Of a stretch of DNA of 64,000 bases, positions 50,122-61,169 are shown piece after piece. Under the pieces are notes generated by a model. It ran no database searches. It had not been told where the DNA came from and worked only from the letters and a program-made list of their open reading frames with translations. The position numbers and the translations under genes are program-made. Numbering within the stretch: position 1 is the first letter of the stretch; every line of letters begins with the position of its first letter. The DNA comes from a bacterium (GTDB lineage: Bacteria > UBA8248 > JACPRG01 > G963555815), in NCBI GenBank assembly GCA_965218795.1, contig OZ244653.1:3808001-3872000 (forward strand), in the 5' to 3' direction.

Positions 50122-51381
50122 TCAGCGTGGGGACACGGTTTCCCGGACCGGATGGATACGGACATCGAGTCTGCGGTAGGCCTTGCGAAGCGCGACTTCC
50201 GCCGCTGCCGGCGTATCCGCGCGGGAGAACAGAAATCCCAGGTATCGAGCGCCTTCCGGAAGGGGAACGACCTCCTGACCCTGCGGGATCAGGATCGCGA
50301 GGTCTTCAATGCCTTCTACGGCCTCTGCTTCTTCCTGCCCGCGGACTTCTTCCAAAATGCCTGCGCGCCGAATGGGGAGCATCATGGCGCCCGCGCCGGA
50401 AGATTCCCGCTCATGGATGGATTCCTCCATCCCAAGCGCGTTCGAAAGGATGAGCTCTTCTAAAGACCGTCCGGTTCCAAACCGCAGGGCCCGGGAGCAC
50501 AATCCGCCGATGGAGCGCGCGGCGACTTCAATCGGCCAGACGCCTTGATCATTGATTCGAAACTCAGCGTGAACGGGCCCGTGTCGAAGTCCGAGGGCGG
50601 CTGAAGTCCGGCTTGCGCAATCGAGGATGGAATCACGGGTTTTTTTCGGAAGGCGCGAAGGTGTCACGTAAATCGTCTCTTCAAAATATGGTCCGTCCAA
50701 TGGATCGGGTTTGTCGAAAAGCGCCAGGGCCCGCAGCCGTCCCTTTGTGAGCATCCCTTCCAGGGCCACTTCGCCGCCTGGGAGAAAATCTTCGACCAGA
50801 ATCCGGGTCGCCGCCTCGCCCCCCCGGGAGGCGACGTCTTTGTCCTCCAGAATCGCCTTGACCCGGAGAAAGGCTTCAACGAATTCTTCCGGGTCATCCG
50901 CCCGAATCACCCCCCGACTGGCGGAGAGAAAGACAGGCTTGAGGACGCAGGGATACGGAATCTCCGTTGCGACCTCCAGTGGATCATCCTTGACCGAGAA
51001 CAGTTCGAATCGGGGAGACGGGAGCCCGGCTTCCGCCAGAGACTGCCGGAACTGGTGCTTGTCCCGGACGGCAAGGACGGACTCCACGGCGTTGTGCGGA
51101 AGGCCGAGCGCCTTGGAAGCCGAAGCGCCGACGACTGCGGTATCGTCATCGACCGGTATCACCGCGTCCAGCGGAAACCGATCCGAAAACAGGGCGATAT
51201 CCCGTGCGGCCCGTTCGGGGTCTCTGAAGTCCAGGGTGAGGGTTTTCCCGGGAGCTTGCGCTTCAAGGACCTGCGGCAAATCCGACCCGACGACTACGTC
51301 GATTTCCATTCGCCGGGCGGCGTCCATGAAGTCGGCGGTCCGGTAAGACGTCGTGGGGAGCAGGAGGAGAACGCGAGGCAT
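50122..51381 (-). CDS. ATP-grasp domain protein
   Basis: RDKHQFR, YPCVLKP..LSASRGV, VEDFLPG.E, HAEFR, IEVAAR. Confidence 0.9.
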   Translation of the reverse strand: MPRVLLLLPTTSYRTADFMDAARRMEIDVVVGSDLPQVLEAQAPGKTLTLDFRDPERAARDIALFSDRFPLDAVIPVDDDTAVVGASASKALGLPHNAVESVLAVRDKHQFRQSLAEAGLPSPRFELFSVKDDPLEVATEIPYPCVLKPVFLSASRGVIRADDPEEFVEAFLRVKAILEDKDVASRGGEAATRILVEDFLPGGEVALEGMLTKGRLRALALFDKPDPLDGPYFEETIYVTPSRLPKKTRDSILDCASRTSAALGLRHGPVHAEFRINDQGVWPIEVAARSIGGLCSRALRFGTGRSLEELILSNALGMEESIHERESSGAGAMMLPIRRAGILEEVRGQEEAEAVEGIEDLAILIPQGQEVVPLPEGARYLGFLFSRADTPAAAEVALRKAYRRLDVRIHPVRETVSPR

Positions 51382-51558
51382 CAGGCAAACCTCTATCTTT
51401 GGCGAGGAGCGGATGGAAGCGGTCAAGGAATGGTCAAAAAACGGTGAGCGCCGGGTCGGGGGTCGCCCTTGGCATGGTCCAGCCGTTTGTCTTCCCGGGG
51501 TGGGCCCGTCATCGGAGGATGTTCCCGGCGGATGCCGCTTTCATCCTCCATGAGGGGC

Positions 51559-52086
51559 TTAAAGCGTGGGCGAGCCCTTGCCGGGTTGGTAATAGGGGTT
51601 GGTCCCGCCGCGGTGATCGGTGGTATCCACCAATTCCTTGATTTCGGGGATCACCTCGTTCATCCGGGCCTCGATCCCCTGCTTCAACGTCACATTGACC
51701 ATTCCGCAACCTTGGCACCCGCCCCCCATCTGGACGAAGGCGATCTGGTCCTGGATGTCTATCAGGGTGACGACTCCGCCGTGCGCCGCCACCGCCGGAT
51801 TGATCTCTTCGTCCAGAAACTGCTGAAACCGCAGCTTCAAAGGCTCGTCGACTTCCGGATTTCCGGTCCCATTCGACCCATCGGAGCCGGCCGCGAGGGA
51901 CTTGGCGGCCTGAATCTCTTCCTGAAGCGCCCCCATCCGCTCCTCGAGCCTGGCGGCGATCGAAGAGATACGGTCATTGAGGGGCTCGATGGAACCCGTC
52001 AGCCGCTTGTATTGCAGATGGGCCCGAACAAACAAGAAAACAATAATCAGACCAGCGGCGATCCAGGCAGCGATGACCATTTTCAA
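51559..52086 (-). CDS. NifU/NfuA C-terminal domain protein with N-terminal TM helix and coiled coil
   Basis: INPAVAAHGG, GGGCQGC, TLKQGIE, DTTDH..GTNPYY; hydrophobic N-terminus. Confidence 0.85.
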   Translation of the reverse strand: MKMVIAAWIAAGLIIVFLFVRAHLQYKRLTGSIEPLNDRISSIAARLEERMGALQEEIQAAKSLAAGSDGSNGTGNPEVDEPLKLRFQQFLDEEINPAVAAHGGVVTLIDIQDQIAFVQMGGGCQGCGMVNVTLKQGIEARMNEVIPEIKELVDTTDHRGGTNPYYQPGKGSPTL

Positions 52087-52443
52087 CCTCTCCCGCTTCT
52101 TAGGGGGCGGCCGTCGGAACCCGGTCAGTCCACCCCCTGAAAGAATGGCAAATTTCGAGATTCACGGCCCCATCACTTGTCGGGGGGAATCAACGCTTCT
52201 TATTTTATCCCAATGGAGGTGGAAGATCAACACTTCGGTAGAGGTCGCATGGCGGGAATGAGAGATGGAAGGCGGTGCGTTTCCGGATTTGTCAGGTCCC
52301 TTGCCTGGAAGATATCGAAATATCCCTTGACGGGACCTGACCGACTGTCCGAGCATACGGCTCGACGGAAGGAAGATTCGAGGGTGCGGAAGGCCCGACG
52401 AATCGCGAACTCTGAATCGAACTTGAGACATGGCGGGAGACCC

Positions 52444-53722
52444 ATGACGGATCTCTTGATTCAGAACGGTACGGTAATCACCATGGAATCCGGCTGCGAA
52501 GTCTTGAGCGGCACGGCGACCTCAAGCGGATGGGCTTCGGCGAGGGAAAGACGCTGAACGCCCGGGGCCATGCGGTCCTTCCGGGACTTGTGAACGCGCA
52601 TGCCCACGCCGCCAGCGTGCTTCTCAAAGGGCTCCCGGAGGACACCTCCGCCCGCGCCCGGATGCAGCGGGTCTTGCGGCTCATCTTCAAGGAAGCCGAC
52701 GCGCCGGAGACACAGACCCTCGCGCGGGCGTCCTTCCTGGAGGCCATCAAAAGCGGCGTGACCTGCCTGGGGATCCTGGATCGCCACGCCTTGGATCTGG
52801 AAGAGCCCGTCCGGGAATCAGGAATCCGCGCTGTGCTCACGGAAGCCATCGCGGAAGCCGATATCGTTTCCGCGGCCGGCGGGACTGCGCCCAAGACCGA
52901 TGCGTCGGCGGGCGCAGCCGCCCTGGATGAATTCCTGTCCAGGGCCGAGGGGATCAACCCGGACGGGATGGGTCGAACGACCGTCCGTCTCGGGATGTAT
53001 TCACCCTCTGTCTGTTCGGATGAGACCCTCGAACGTATCGCCTCGGAGGCCCAAACCCGAAAGCGCGGCCTCCATTACCACCTTGGGGTTTTCCCCGGGG
53101 AAACCGAGGCGCTCAGGAACCGGGCGGGCGGAGACCTCTGGGGATTCCTGCGGCGGTTCGACCTGTTGCGGTCGAATACCCTTCTGGCGGGTGGGAACGC
53201 GCTCCACGAGGACGACCTCAACGGGTTCCGCGGCTCCGCCGCGCAGATGCCGCGCGGGGCGTCCGGATCCGCCTGGCCGGTTATCTTCGCAACAGGATCC
53301 CCGTGGTCTTGGGGACGGGCGGAATCGGTCATGATCTCTTCGCCGTGATGCGCGTCTTCGTTCTCTCGGCCCGTCTGGACGCGGAGAGCGCCGGTATCGT
53401 CGGCCCGGCCGACGCGCTCCGCATGGCGAGCCGGGACGGGGCGAGGGCTTTGGGGCTGCTGGGCAGCGTGGGTTCCATCGAGATAGGAAAGAAGGCGGAC
53501 CTGATCTGCGTGTTCCTGGACCCGGCCAGGGTCCCGCTGCGGGAAACCGGGAACGTCGAGGAGATCGTCGCAGAGGCCTGCGGCCCGGGCGACGTGACGG
53601 ATGTCATTGTGGACGGTGAGGTGTTGATGGAGGGCGGGAAGGTCAGGTCCTTCGATGAGAAGGCGGTCGTCAAGGAGGCCCAGAAGGTGGCGGCCGCCAT
53701 CTGGAAGCGGATGGAGGGATGA
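52444..53722 (+). pseudogene. Frameshifted amidohydrolase (MTA/SAH deaminase-like)
   Basis: MTDLLIQNGTVITM, LPGLVNAHAH and GSIEIGKKADL lie in successive ORFs separated by two frame changes (near 52510 and 53240). Confidence 0.8.
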
Positions 53723-53747
53723 GCCGAAAGCGGAGGCGATATCGAAC

Positions 53748-54077
53748 ATGCTTATTTTGACGACACCGAACATCGAGGGAAAACGGATCACAAGACATAT
53801 CGGACTGGTCAGCGGTGAGGCCATACTCGGCGCCAACATTTTCAAAGATTTCTTTGCCGGTATCCGGGACATCGTGGGGGGCCGATCGGCCGCCTATGAA
53901 GAGGAACTGCGCAAGGCGAAGGATCTGGCTATCGCGGAGATGGAGATCGAGGCTGCCGGACTGAATGCCAATGCCGTCGTGGCCGTCGATCTGGATTATG
54001 AGACCATCGGCACGGGCTCGGGCGGGAACATGCTCATGGTGAGCGTCAGCGGAACGGCCGTTGTCTTCGAGGATTGA
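53748..54077 (+). CDS. YbjQ/UPF0145 family protein
   Basis: [37 protein letters not shown]. Confidence 0.93.
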   Translation: MLILTTPNIEGKRITRHIGLVSGEAILGANIFKDFFAGIRDIVGGRSAAYEEELRKAKDLAIAEMEIEAAGLNANAVVAVDLDYETIGTGSGGNMLMVSVSGTAVVFED

Positions 54078-54155
54078 GCCCATCTCCGGTCCGCGTTGCC
54101 TCGGAAGACCTCGGCCGGTTCGGGTTCCAATTCAGAAGAAAATGGACGCTTCCTG

Positions 54156-55159
54156 TTATTTCAGCTTCGGCAGCACCTTTTCTCCGAACAGCCTGATTGA
54201 TCGAAGCGCGTCCTCTCGCGTGAGGTCGGGATAAACGAACCGACAGGAGAGAAGCGTCGGGTTCAGCTCTTCCTGATAACGACTGATCTCATCCACGACC
54301 TCTTCCGGCGAGCCCAGAATCCATCGGTCCTCATGAAGACGGTCCAGGTCCACCTCTCCCGATTGGGTCAGGGGGGGCTTCAACGCCGGCCGCTGCATGT
54401 GCTTCTGGGCGATGAAAGTGTTCTGATTCGCCTTCAGCATGGTCTTCCACTCCACTTCCTCGACCCGGCGGGGATCTTCGTCCACGTAGACTTCCCGAAG
54501 GATGAAAATTTCCGCATCCTCCGGCCTTTTCCCTTCTTTTCCCAGGCGTCGAAAAAGACTGTCCGGCACTCCTTGAGCCCCTCAAGATGCCCCGATGGGC
54601 CTCCCATCCACCCGTCTCCCAGACGGGCGGCGCGCGTGACGGCCTTGTCCGCCCATCCTCCGAACATCATGGGAGGACGGGGCTTCTGGACAGGCCTGGG
54701 AAAGATCGTCAGATTCTTCACCTGCGTGTACCGGCCCTCGAAATCCACGGCCTCCTCCGTCCATAGCCGTTCGATAAGCCTGGCCCCTTCCTCCAGCCGG
54801 GAGCCCCGTTGCCTCAACGGCACCTGGAAGGCGTCGAATTCCTCCTGGACGTATCCCTGGCCCAATCCCAGGATGAGCCGACCTGCGGACATCATGTCCA
54901 CAAAGGCGGCGTCCTCCGCCACGTGAACCGGGTGATAGAGGGGAAGAAGAATGACGCCCGTTCCGAGCTTGAGGGTACGGGTGCGCTGAGCGAGACCGGC
55001 GAGGGCGAGGAGGGGCGACCCCGAGGCGGTCGCGTGCTTCCAGAAATGATGTTCCGCCAGGAGCAGCGCGTCGAATCCCAGGCTTTCGGCAAGCTGACCG
55101 TCCTCCAGAAATTCCTCGTAACGGTCATCCCACTGCGTTGGCGCGATTGCGAATTTCAC
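54156..55159 (-). pseudogene. LLM-class flavin-dependent oxidoreductase split by a 1-nt frameshift
   Basis: AEHH, LPLYHPVHVAED, GRLILGLG, P.PVQKPRPP in 54434-55222; GSPEEV and LFGEKVLP in 54156-54569; shift at A-run near 54527-54530. Confidence 0.85.
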
Positions 55160-55413
55160 GGTCCAATCTCCTCGTTCACCCCGGCCCATCCAGAAGTCGC
55201 GGGGAAAATCCTCTTCCATCATACGTTACCGAAAGGCGGAGGAGGGGACGGATGAATATCCAAGACTCAGGATTGACCATGAAGCCCGCCTGGATCGTCT
55301 CCGATACCGATGCGAATGGCTTCATCTCCGTTTGTCGGCTTTCGGTATACTCTTGGGGAGGAAAGAGGCGGCAGCGGATCAGAGTCCGGAAGGAGAGGAG
55401 GGAGGGGAGGTCC

Positions 55414-55827
55414 ATGCTTTCACGCATCCACCATATCGGTATCGTGACGGAGGATACGGAATCGGTTCTCCGAATTTTTGAAAAAGCCCTGAATTGCAAG
55501 TTCGAAAAGGAATTCGCGTACTCCGGATTCGTGAAGTCCATCTTCCTGCATTTTGAAAACGTCCAGATTGAGATCACCGAGCCGAACGAACCGGGCAGTT
55601 TCTACTCCGACATGGTCGAGGAGAAGGGAACCTGTTTTTCGCATATTGCTTTTGCCTCCGAAGATGTGGAAGGCGAATGCGACGAGATTGCAAAGCGTGG
55701 AGGCCGATTCCGGGAGGGATTCGGTCCTGGAAGGGTCACCCCTCGGGGCTATCGTATCGCCTTCATTGATCCGGACGATACCGAAGGGGTTCAGGTCCAG
55801 CTCATTTCCGAAAAGCCGGTCAAGTAA
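55414..55827 (+). CDS. VOC family protein (methylmalonyl-CoA epimerase-like)
   Basis: IHHIGI, IEITEP, SHIAF, IAFIDP..TEGV. Confidence 0.82.
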   Translation: MLSRIHHIGIVTEDTESVLRIFEKALNCKFEKEFAYSGFVKSIFLHFENVQIEITEPNEPGSFYSDMVEEKGTCFSHIAFASEDVEGECDEIAKRGGRFREGFGPGRVTPRGYRIAFIDPDDTEGVQVQLISEKPVK

Positions 55828-55874
55828 CAGTCTCCACCCGTACCCTCGCATCCTTGTGCAGAAGGAGGTGAAAG

Positions 55875-56456
55875 GTGAGCCGGAGATTTCGACGCCAAAT
55901 TGTGATTCTCGCTCTGTTGGTCTTGTGGATTCATCCGCTCCGATGGGTTGATGCGTCCGAAGCCGAGAAAACGGAACGACTTCCCAAGGCGATCGAATAC
56001 TGGCAAAAAGGCTACGTCTATCACATGCTCGGGAGGTATCATCTGGCCGTTCGCCAATACAGGGAATCCATTGCGCTTCAGCCGACGGCTGAGGGCCATA
56101 CCTTTTTGGGGTGGTCCCTGAGCGCCCTGGGAAAGTACGAGGAAGCCATCGCGGAGTGCAAGGAGGCCATTCCTCTCGACCCGGAATTCGGCAATCCCTA
56201 CAACGATATCGGTGCGTATCTGGTCGAGCTGGACCGTGTCGATGAGGCGATTCCCTTCTTGAAAGAGGCCATGCGAGCCAAGAGATATTGTTGTTACCAG
56301 TTTCCCTATTTCAATCTGGGCCGGATCTTCATGTTGAAGGGGAAGGAAAAGGAAGCCAGGAAGTTGTTCAAGAAGGCCCTGGAGATCGATCCCGGCTACG
56401 AGCCCGCGCGTCAAGCCCTTCAGTTGCTGAGAAGGAAGGGGGGCTGGGATCTCTGA
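55875..56456 (+). CDS. Exported tetratricopeptide repeat protein
   Basis: Signal-like N-terminus; PTAEGHTFLGW, DPEFGNPYNDIG TPR repeats. Confidence 0.85.
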   Translation: MSRRFRRQIVILALLVLWIHPLRWVDASEAEKTERLPKAIEYWQKGYVYHMLGRYHLAVRQYRESIALQPTAEGHTFLGWSLSALGKYEEAIAECKEAIPLDPEFGNPYNDIGAYLVELDRVDEAIPFLKEAMRAKRYCCYQFPYFNLGRIFMLKGKEKEARKLFKKALEIDPGYEPARQALQLLRRKGGWDL

Positions 56457-56591
56457 GAATCGATTCGGGTTTCCCATATCTGTCGCGTCGGTAGGCTAGC
56501 TCGAATTTTCGTGGGGCTGTCCGGCCCGCTCTGCCGAGTCCGACGGAATATTCCCGGGCAGACCCTTCTTTTCACCGAATCACCCGTTCAT

Positions 56592-57487
56592 ATGAATCCC
56601 CTGATCCTCGCTCAGTTCTTCGGGCTCTTCACGGCCTTTGCCTTCGCAGCCGGCGACACGACCATGCGGTTCGCGCTGCGCAACTCGACCCCGATCTCAG
56701 GCACATTGGTTCAATCGTTGTTGACGCTGGCGATATACGGTCCCTTCGCGATAGCCAGCACATCCCCGGATTCGCTGAAGGCCTCCGGTCTCCTCCTGCT
56801 ATTCGCGGCGGGTATCGCCTCACCGGGATTGGCGTCCATCTTTTACTACTCGAGCTTCAGGAGGATCGGATTGTCCCGCTCCTCCTCCATCATCGGCTCC
56901 TCGCCGCTCATCACCGTGATCATCGCCGTGCTGGTCTTGGGCGAGCGGCCGAGGCTCGCGGTTTACCTGGGGACCCTGTTGATTGTCATCGGGGTGATAT
57001 CCCTTGCGCGGGAACGGGGATATTCATCCCCGGAGACGGCGGGGAGAAAGTCCGTCTGGCATTACTTCCTGTTCGCCTTCATGGCGACGCTCATGTTCGG
57101 CCTGACCGCAGTCCTTCGAAAGGCCGGTCTTGCCATCACCCCCACGTTGAGCGTCGCGATGTGCGTGGCCGTCATCGGGACCCTGACCGTGGTGGCGTCC
57201 GTCAATCCGATACTCCCCAGAGAATTCCGCGTTACGCTCGACGGACCCAGCTTGAGACTGTTTCTGTTGAGCGGCTTGTGCCTGAGCACCGGCCACCTTT
57301 CTTTTTTGCCGCCTTGCAGAGAGGCTCGGTATCCAATGTGGCCCCGCTCGTGTATACGACCCCGATTTTCGCCTTGGGCTTCTCCTGGCTGTTGCTTCGT
57401 GAGGTCGAACGGCTCAACGCGCGCCTGTTGTTCAGCGGGATTTTGATCTGTGCGGGGGCGGCCTTGGTGGCGATATCGCGCGGGTAG
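56592..57487 (+). pseudogene. EamA/DMT transporter with 1-nt frameshift near the 3' end
   Basis: TM-rich; last helices (FFAALQRGSVSNVAPL...) are in ORF 57161-57487; shift in T-run near 57298-57307. Confidence 0.8.
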
Positions 57488-57564
57488 CCGGTGGGGAGCC
57501 ATCGGGAGGGGTCAGGCGCCCATCTGATCCGGTATGCCGGGATTGGGAAGGCGGAAGCCTGGAT

Positions 57565-59223
57565 ATGGAAGCTGAAACTCCGGTGCTTATTGCGGGCGGG
57601 GGACCGGTCGGGCTGACCCTGGCGATGGAGTTGGGCTTGCGAGGCATCCCCTGTGTGCTCCTGAATGACGAGCCTGCGACCGCTCAGCATCCCAAGGCCA
57701 ATGCGGTCGGGGCGAGGACGATGGAGCACTTCCGGCGCCTGGGTGTGGCGTCACGCCTCCGGGACGCCGGCCTCCCTCTGGATCACCCGACCGATCTCTG
57801 CTACCTGACTCGTCTCACGGGGCACGAGCTGGCCCGGATGCCGATGCCTTCATCCTCCGAGGCGATGAGGCTTGCCCGCGAAGGGAAGGGAAGCTGGCCC
57901 ACGCCCGAGCCTCCTCACCGCGTCTCTCAAATCTTTTTGGAAGCCATCCTGAGAGAGCACGCGGAATCCATTTCGAATGTTTCAGTCCGCTTCGGCTGGC
58001 GGCTCGAATCCCACCGGCGGGAAAACAGTCGTGTCGTCGCGGAGGCCGTAGAGACCGCAACGGGCCGGCAGGCGACAATCCGCGCGAAGTATCTCGTCGG
58101 TTGCGACGGGCCCAGGAGCATGATCCGAAAGTCATTGGGTATCGAATATGAGGGAGAGAGCGGGGTCGTCCGGCCCTTCATGGGAGGGTCCATGCTGGCC
58201 GTCTACTTCCGGGCGCCCGACCTGAGGTCAAGACTTATGGTTGACCCGGCCTGGATGTACTGGATCCTGAATCCGGACATCCGGGCTTTCTTCGTGGAGA
58301 TCGACGGGGCTGATCGCTGGTTGTTTCATACGCAAATCCCGCCGGGTGTCGCCCCTTCCCAACTGGATTCCGTTTCGCTCATATGCGCGGCGGCGGGAAT
58401 CGACTTTCCCGTGGAGATTCTCTCGGCCCTCCCCTGGACGGCCGGATACAGCCTGGTGGCGCAAAGGTACGGAAGCGGTCAGGTTTACCTGGCCGGAGAT
58501 TCGATTCATCTGTTCACGCCCACGGGCGGGCTTGGAATGAATACTGGGGTGGACGACGCGGTGAACCTCGGCTGGAAGCTGGCCGCGGTTCTCCAGGGAT
58601 GGGGAGGCCCGAACCTCCTGGATAGTTTTGAAGCCGAACGAAGACCGATCGGCATTCGAAACGTGAACTTCGCCAAGGGCTTTGCCGTGTCCGTGGGAAC
58701 GCAGTCCATCTCCAAGAATTTCGAGGCGGACACGGTGGAGGCCGGCGAGGAACGCAGGCGCGTCGGGGAACGCCTGTTCGACCACGCCCGGCGCGAGTTC
58801 ATCATTCCGGGTATCTGGCTGGGGCTGCGCTACGACGACTCGCCCGTCTGCTGGGCCGACGGCTCGCCGCCGCCTCCGGATGAGCCGAACGATTTCATTC
58901 CGTTGGCTCGGCCCGGCGCCCGCGCCCCTCACCTATGGCTTCCGGACGGGAGCGCCCTCTTCGATCGCTTGGGGAAGTATTTCACCCTTCTGCGATTGGG
59001 CCCGGAGTTGTCCGATCAAACGGAGATGGAAACCTCTGAACTCGAATCCGCCGCCGCGGTCAGGAATGTGCCGATGGAGGTTTTCGACGTTCCGGACCCG
59101 GCCGGCCGGGACTTGTACGAAGCGAGATTCGTGCTGATCCGTCCCGATCATCACGTCGCCTGGCGGGGAGACCGGATGCCGAAGGATTTCATGGCGGTGA
59201 TCGATCGTGTACGCGGAGCTTGA
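57565..59223 (+). CDS. FAD-dependent aromatic monooxygenase (PheA/TfdB family)
   Basis: GGGPVG, GCDG..S, LAGD..H...PTGGLGMNTG, PGARAPH, LIRPDHHVAWR. Confidence 0.9.
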   Translation: MEAETPVLIAGGGPVGLTLAMELGLRGIPCVLLNDEPATAQHPKANAVGARTMEHFRRLGVASRLRDAGLPLDHPTDLCYLTRLTGHELARMPMPSSSEAMRLAREGKGSWPTPEPPHRVSQIFLEAILREHAESISNVSVRFGWRLESHRRENSRVVAEAVETATGRQATIRAKYLVGCDGPRSMIRKSLGIEYEGESGVVRPFMGGSMLAVYFRAPDLRSRLMVDPAWMYWILNPDIRAFFVEIDGADRWLFHTQIPPGVAPSQLDSVSLICAAAGIDFPVEILSALPWTAGYSLVAQRYGSGQVYLAGDSIHLFTPTGGLGMNTGVDDAVNLGWKLAAVLQGWGGPNLLDSFEAERRPIGIRNVNFAKGFAVSVGTQSISKNFEADTVEAGEERRRVGERLFDHARREFIIPGIWLGLRYDDSPVCWADGSPPPPDEPNDFIPLARPGARAPHLWLPDGSALFDRLGKYFTLLRLGPELSDQTEMETSELESAAAVRNVPMEVFDVPDPAGRDLYEARFVLIRPDHHVAWRGDRMPKDFMAVIDRVRGA

Positions 59224-59316
59224 GACCGAAATTGCAAAGAACGGTTGAGTGACCTCACCGGAACAAACAATGCGGGTGGGATGCCGGGTTGAGTCAATCC
59301 AGCCGGTGCGCTGATC

Positions 59317-59697
59317 TCACCGATGGGCGATGAGCTCAATCTGCACCCGGGCTCCGTGGACGTGTCCTTTGACGGCGTTCGTCGTCCGCACGGGCGGGTC
59401 GGCCGGAAAGTATTCGTTGAAGACCTCGTTCATCTCCATCAACTCGCCCACGTCCGCCATGAAGATGGTGACCTTGAGAGCTTTGTCCAGCGAGGATCCG
59501 GCGGATTCGAGAATCCGTTTGAGATTCTCGCAGCACTGCCGGGTCTCGGTCCGGATCCCGCCTTCCACCAGCTTGCCCGTATCCGGATCCAGCCCGAACT
59601 GGCCCGAGCAAAAGATCAGGCCTTCGAACGCCATTCCCAATGAGTGAGGAACAACCCCCCGCGCGACGCCCGGTGGATGAATGACTTCTTTCTTCAT
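59317..59697 (-). CDS. RidA/YjgF family protein
   Basis: FCSGQ, LESAGSSL, MNEVF..YF...PPVRT, IELIA. Confidence 0.9.
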   Translation of the reverse strand: MKKEVIHPPGVARGVVPHSLGMAFEGLIFCSGQFGLDPDTGKLVEGGIRTETRQCCENLKRILESAGSSLDKALKVTIFMADVGELMEMNEVFNEYFPADPPVRTTNAVKGHVHGARVQIELIAHR

Positions 59698-59819
59698 TTT
59701 GGTTCCTTCTGATGATGACCCATCAGAATTTGCAGGCCTTTATGAAAGCCGGCCCCCAAACCCTCGGGAAAATCTTCTTTTACGATAGGGCGTTGCCCTA
59801 ACGGGCCAGGACCTGTCGC

Positions 59820-59841
59820 AAAAAACCGGCGTCCACCCGGT
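59820..59841 (-). terminator. Putative intrinsic terminator after the M24 peptidase gene
   Basis: Minus strand ACCGG-GTGGACG-CCGGT followed by a T-run. Confidence 0.45.
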
Positions 59842-59903
59842 CAACTGATCGTTCGGTGAAGAACGATTGGCGAATCACCGTTGCAGTGAACGCCGAAGAC
59901 CCA

Positions 59904-61073
59904 TCACCCGCATTGGAATAGTTCCACAGACAGGTCGTCGTCGAGCGTCTCGCATCCGTCCTCCGTGACGGCGATATTGTTTTCGACGTTCAGGCCATAT
60001 CGCCCTGCCACGTAGTAAGGCGCTTCGATGGCCAGTGTCATGCCCGGTTCCAAAGGCGTGTCATTGTCCGGTGTGATGAACGGCTCTTCATAGTGGCCCA
60101 GCCCGAGCCCGTGACCCATGTTGCCGCGCTGGTAATCGGGATATCCCGCCGCCTTCACGGTTTCGACCGCGGTTCGGAACAATTCCTTGACCGGCAAGCC
60201 GGGCTGAATCGCGGCCATCATTGCCTGCTGGGCCTCAAAGAGCGCATCGTAGAGACGCCGGACCTCGTCCGGAGGCGGCCCCACCGCGGCGCAACGGGAA
60301 AGGTCGGAGAAATAGAACTGATGGACGGCGGTCACGTCGAACCGCGCGGCATCTCCCGCCCGCAGGATATAGTCGGCCGCGATGATGTAGGATTCACCGC
60401 TGCCGGGTCCCGCTCCAAACGCCGCCGACTCCCAATCACAGCCCATTTCACGAAGTTTCCCCTTGAAGGCTTCCATGACGTCCCGTTCGACGGCGTCTTC
60501 CCGGATCACATCCAGCGCCGCCCGGATTCCCGCTGTATTCACTCGGTTGGCGCGGCGCATTTTTTCGATCTCGTCCGGGGTCTTGATCCGCCTGAGCTGG
60601 AAGAAGACGGAGCGGGCATCCTCGAAAGTGAGCTCCGGGAGGTTGTCCCGGAGATGCAAGAGCGTCCCCGCCGATAACGGGGCCATCTCAATCCCCAGGC
60701 GTCCGCTCTGCAGGTCGAGTTCCCTCAGGGTGGAAGTCAGATTGTCAGGCGGGGTGGGCGCGTTGACCGGGCGTTCGACGCCGTCGGGCCATTCGATGAA
60801 CATCCCGGTGCCCGAATATCGAGTCTCGACCCCCGGACAATGGACTTCTGCCATCCCCGCCAGCCCGACGGTGATCAGCAGGATGGGACTCCGTCCTTTC
60901 GGCAGCAGAACCGCCACGGCTTCCGAAGTTCGCAAAAGGAGGGAAAGCCCCCGGTTGCCCGCCGTTAGCGGTGCCGGGAAACGGCTCGTGTAATAGATGT
61001 TCTCGGGCGAGGAGGCAAGAACCGCGTCGAGTCCCGCCGCGTCCATGCAGGCGTCGAGCTTGGCTTTGTCCAT
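59904..61073 (-). CDS. M24 family (Xaa-Pro peptidase-like) protein
   Basis: Creatinase N-domain, RRIKTPDEI, YFSDLSR, GHGLGL..YEEP, IEAP, VEN. Confidence 0.88.
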   Translation of the reverse strand: MDKAKLDACMDAAGLDAVLASSPENIYYTSRFPAPLTAGNRGLSLLLRTSEAVAVLLPKGRSPILLITVGLAGMAEVHCPGVETRYSGTGMFIEWPDGVERPVNAPTPPDNLTSTLRELDLQSGRLGIEMAPLSAGTLLHLRDNLPELTFEDARSVFFQLRRIKTPDEIEKMRRANRVNTAGIRAALDVIREDAVERDVMEAFKGKLREMGCDWESAAFGAGPGSGESYIIAADYILRAGDAARFDVTAVHQFYFSDLSRCAAVGPPPDEVRRLYDALFEAQQAMMAAIQPGLPVKELFRTAVETVKAAGYPDYQRGNMGHGLGLGHYEEPFITPDNDTPLEPGMTLAIEAPYYVAGRYGLNVENNIAVTEDGCETLDDDLSVELFQCG

Positions 61074-61169
61074 CTGAAGGCCTTCGCGGGAAAGCGGAAG
61101 CAACGGGGCTCCTCCTTGAGTGAGGATCCCCTTACACCGTTTGAAACCGAGCCAATGGGCCGGCCAATA

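Noticed and set aside
54434-57487. Programmed ribosomal frameshifting or phase variation at the LLM and EamA shifts
   Set aside because: Runs are short, no convincing stimulatory structure was seen and these families are not known for recoding; mutation or sequencing error is simpler
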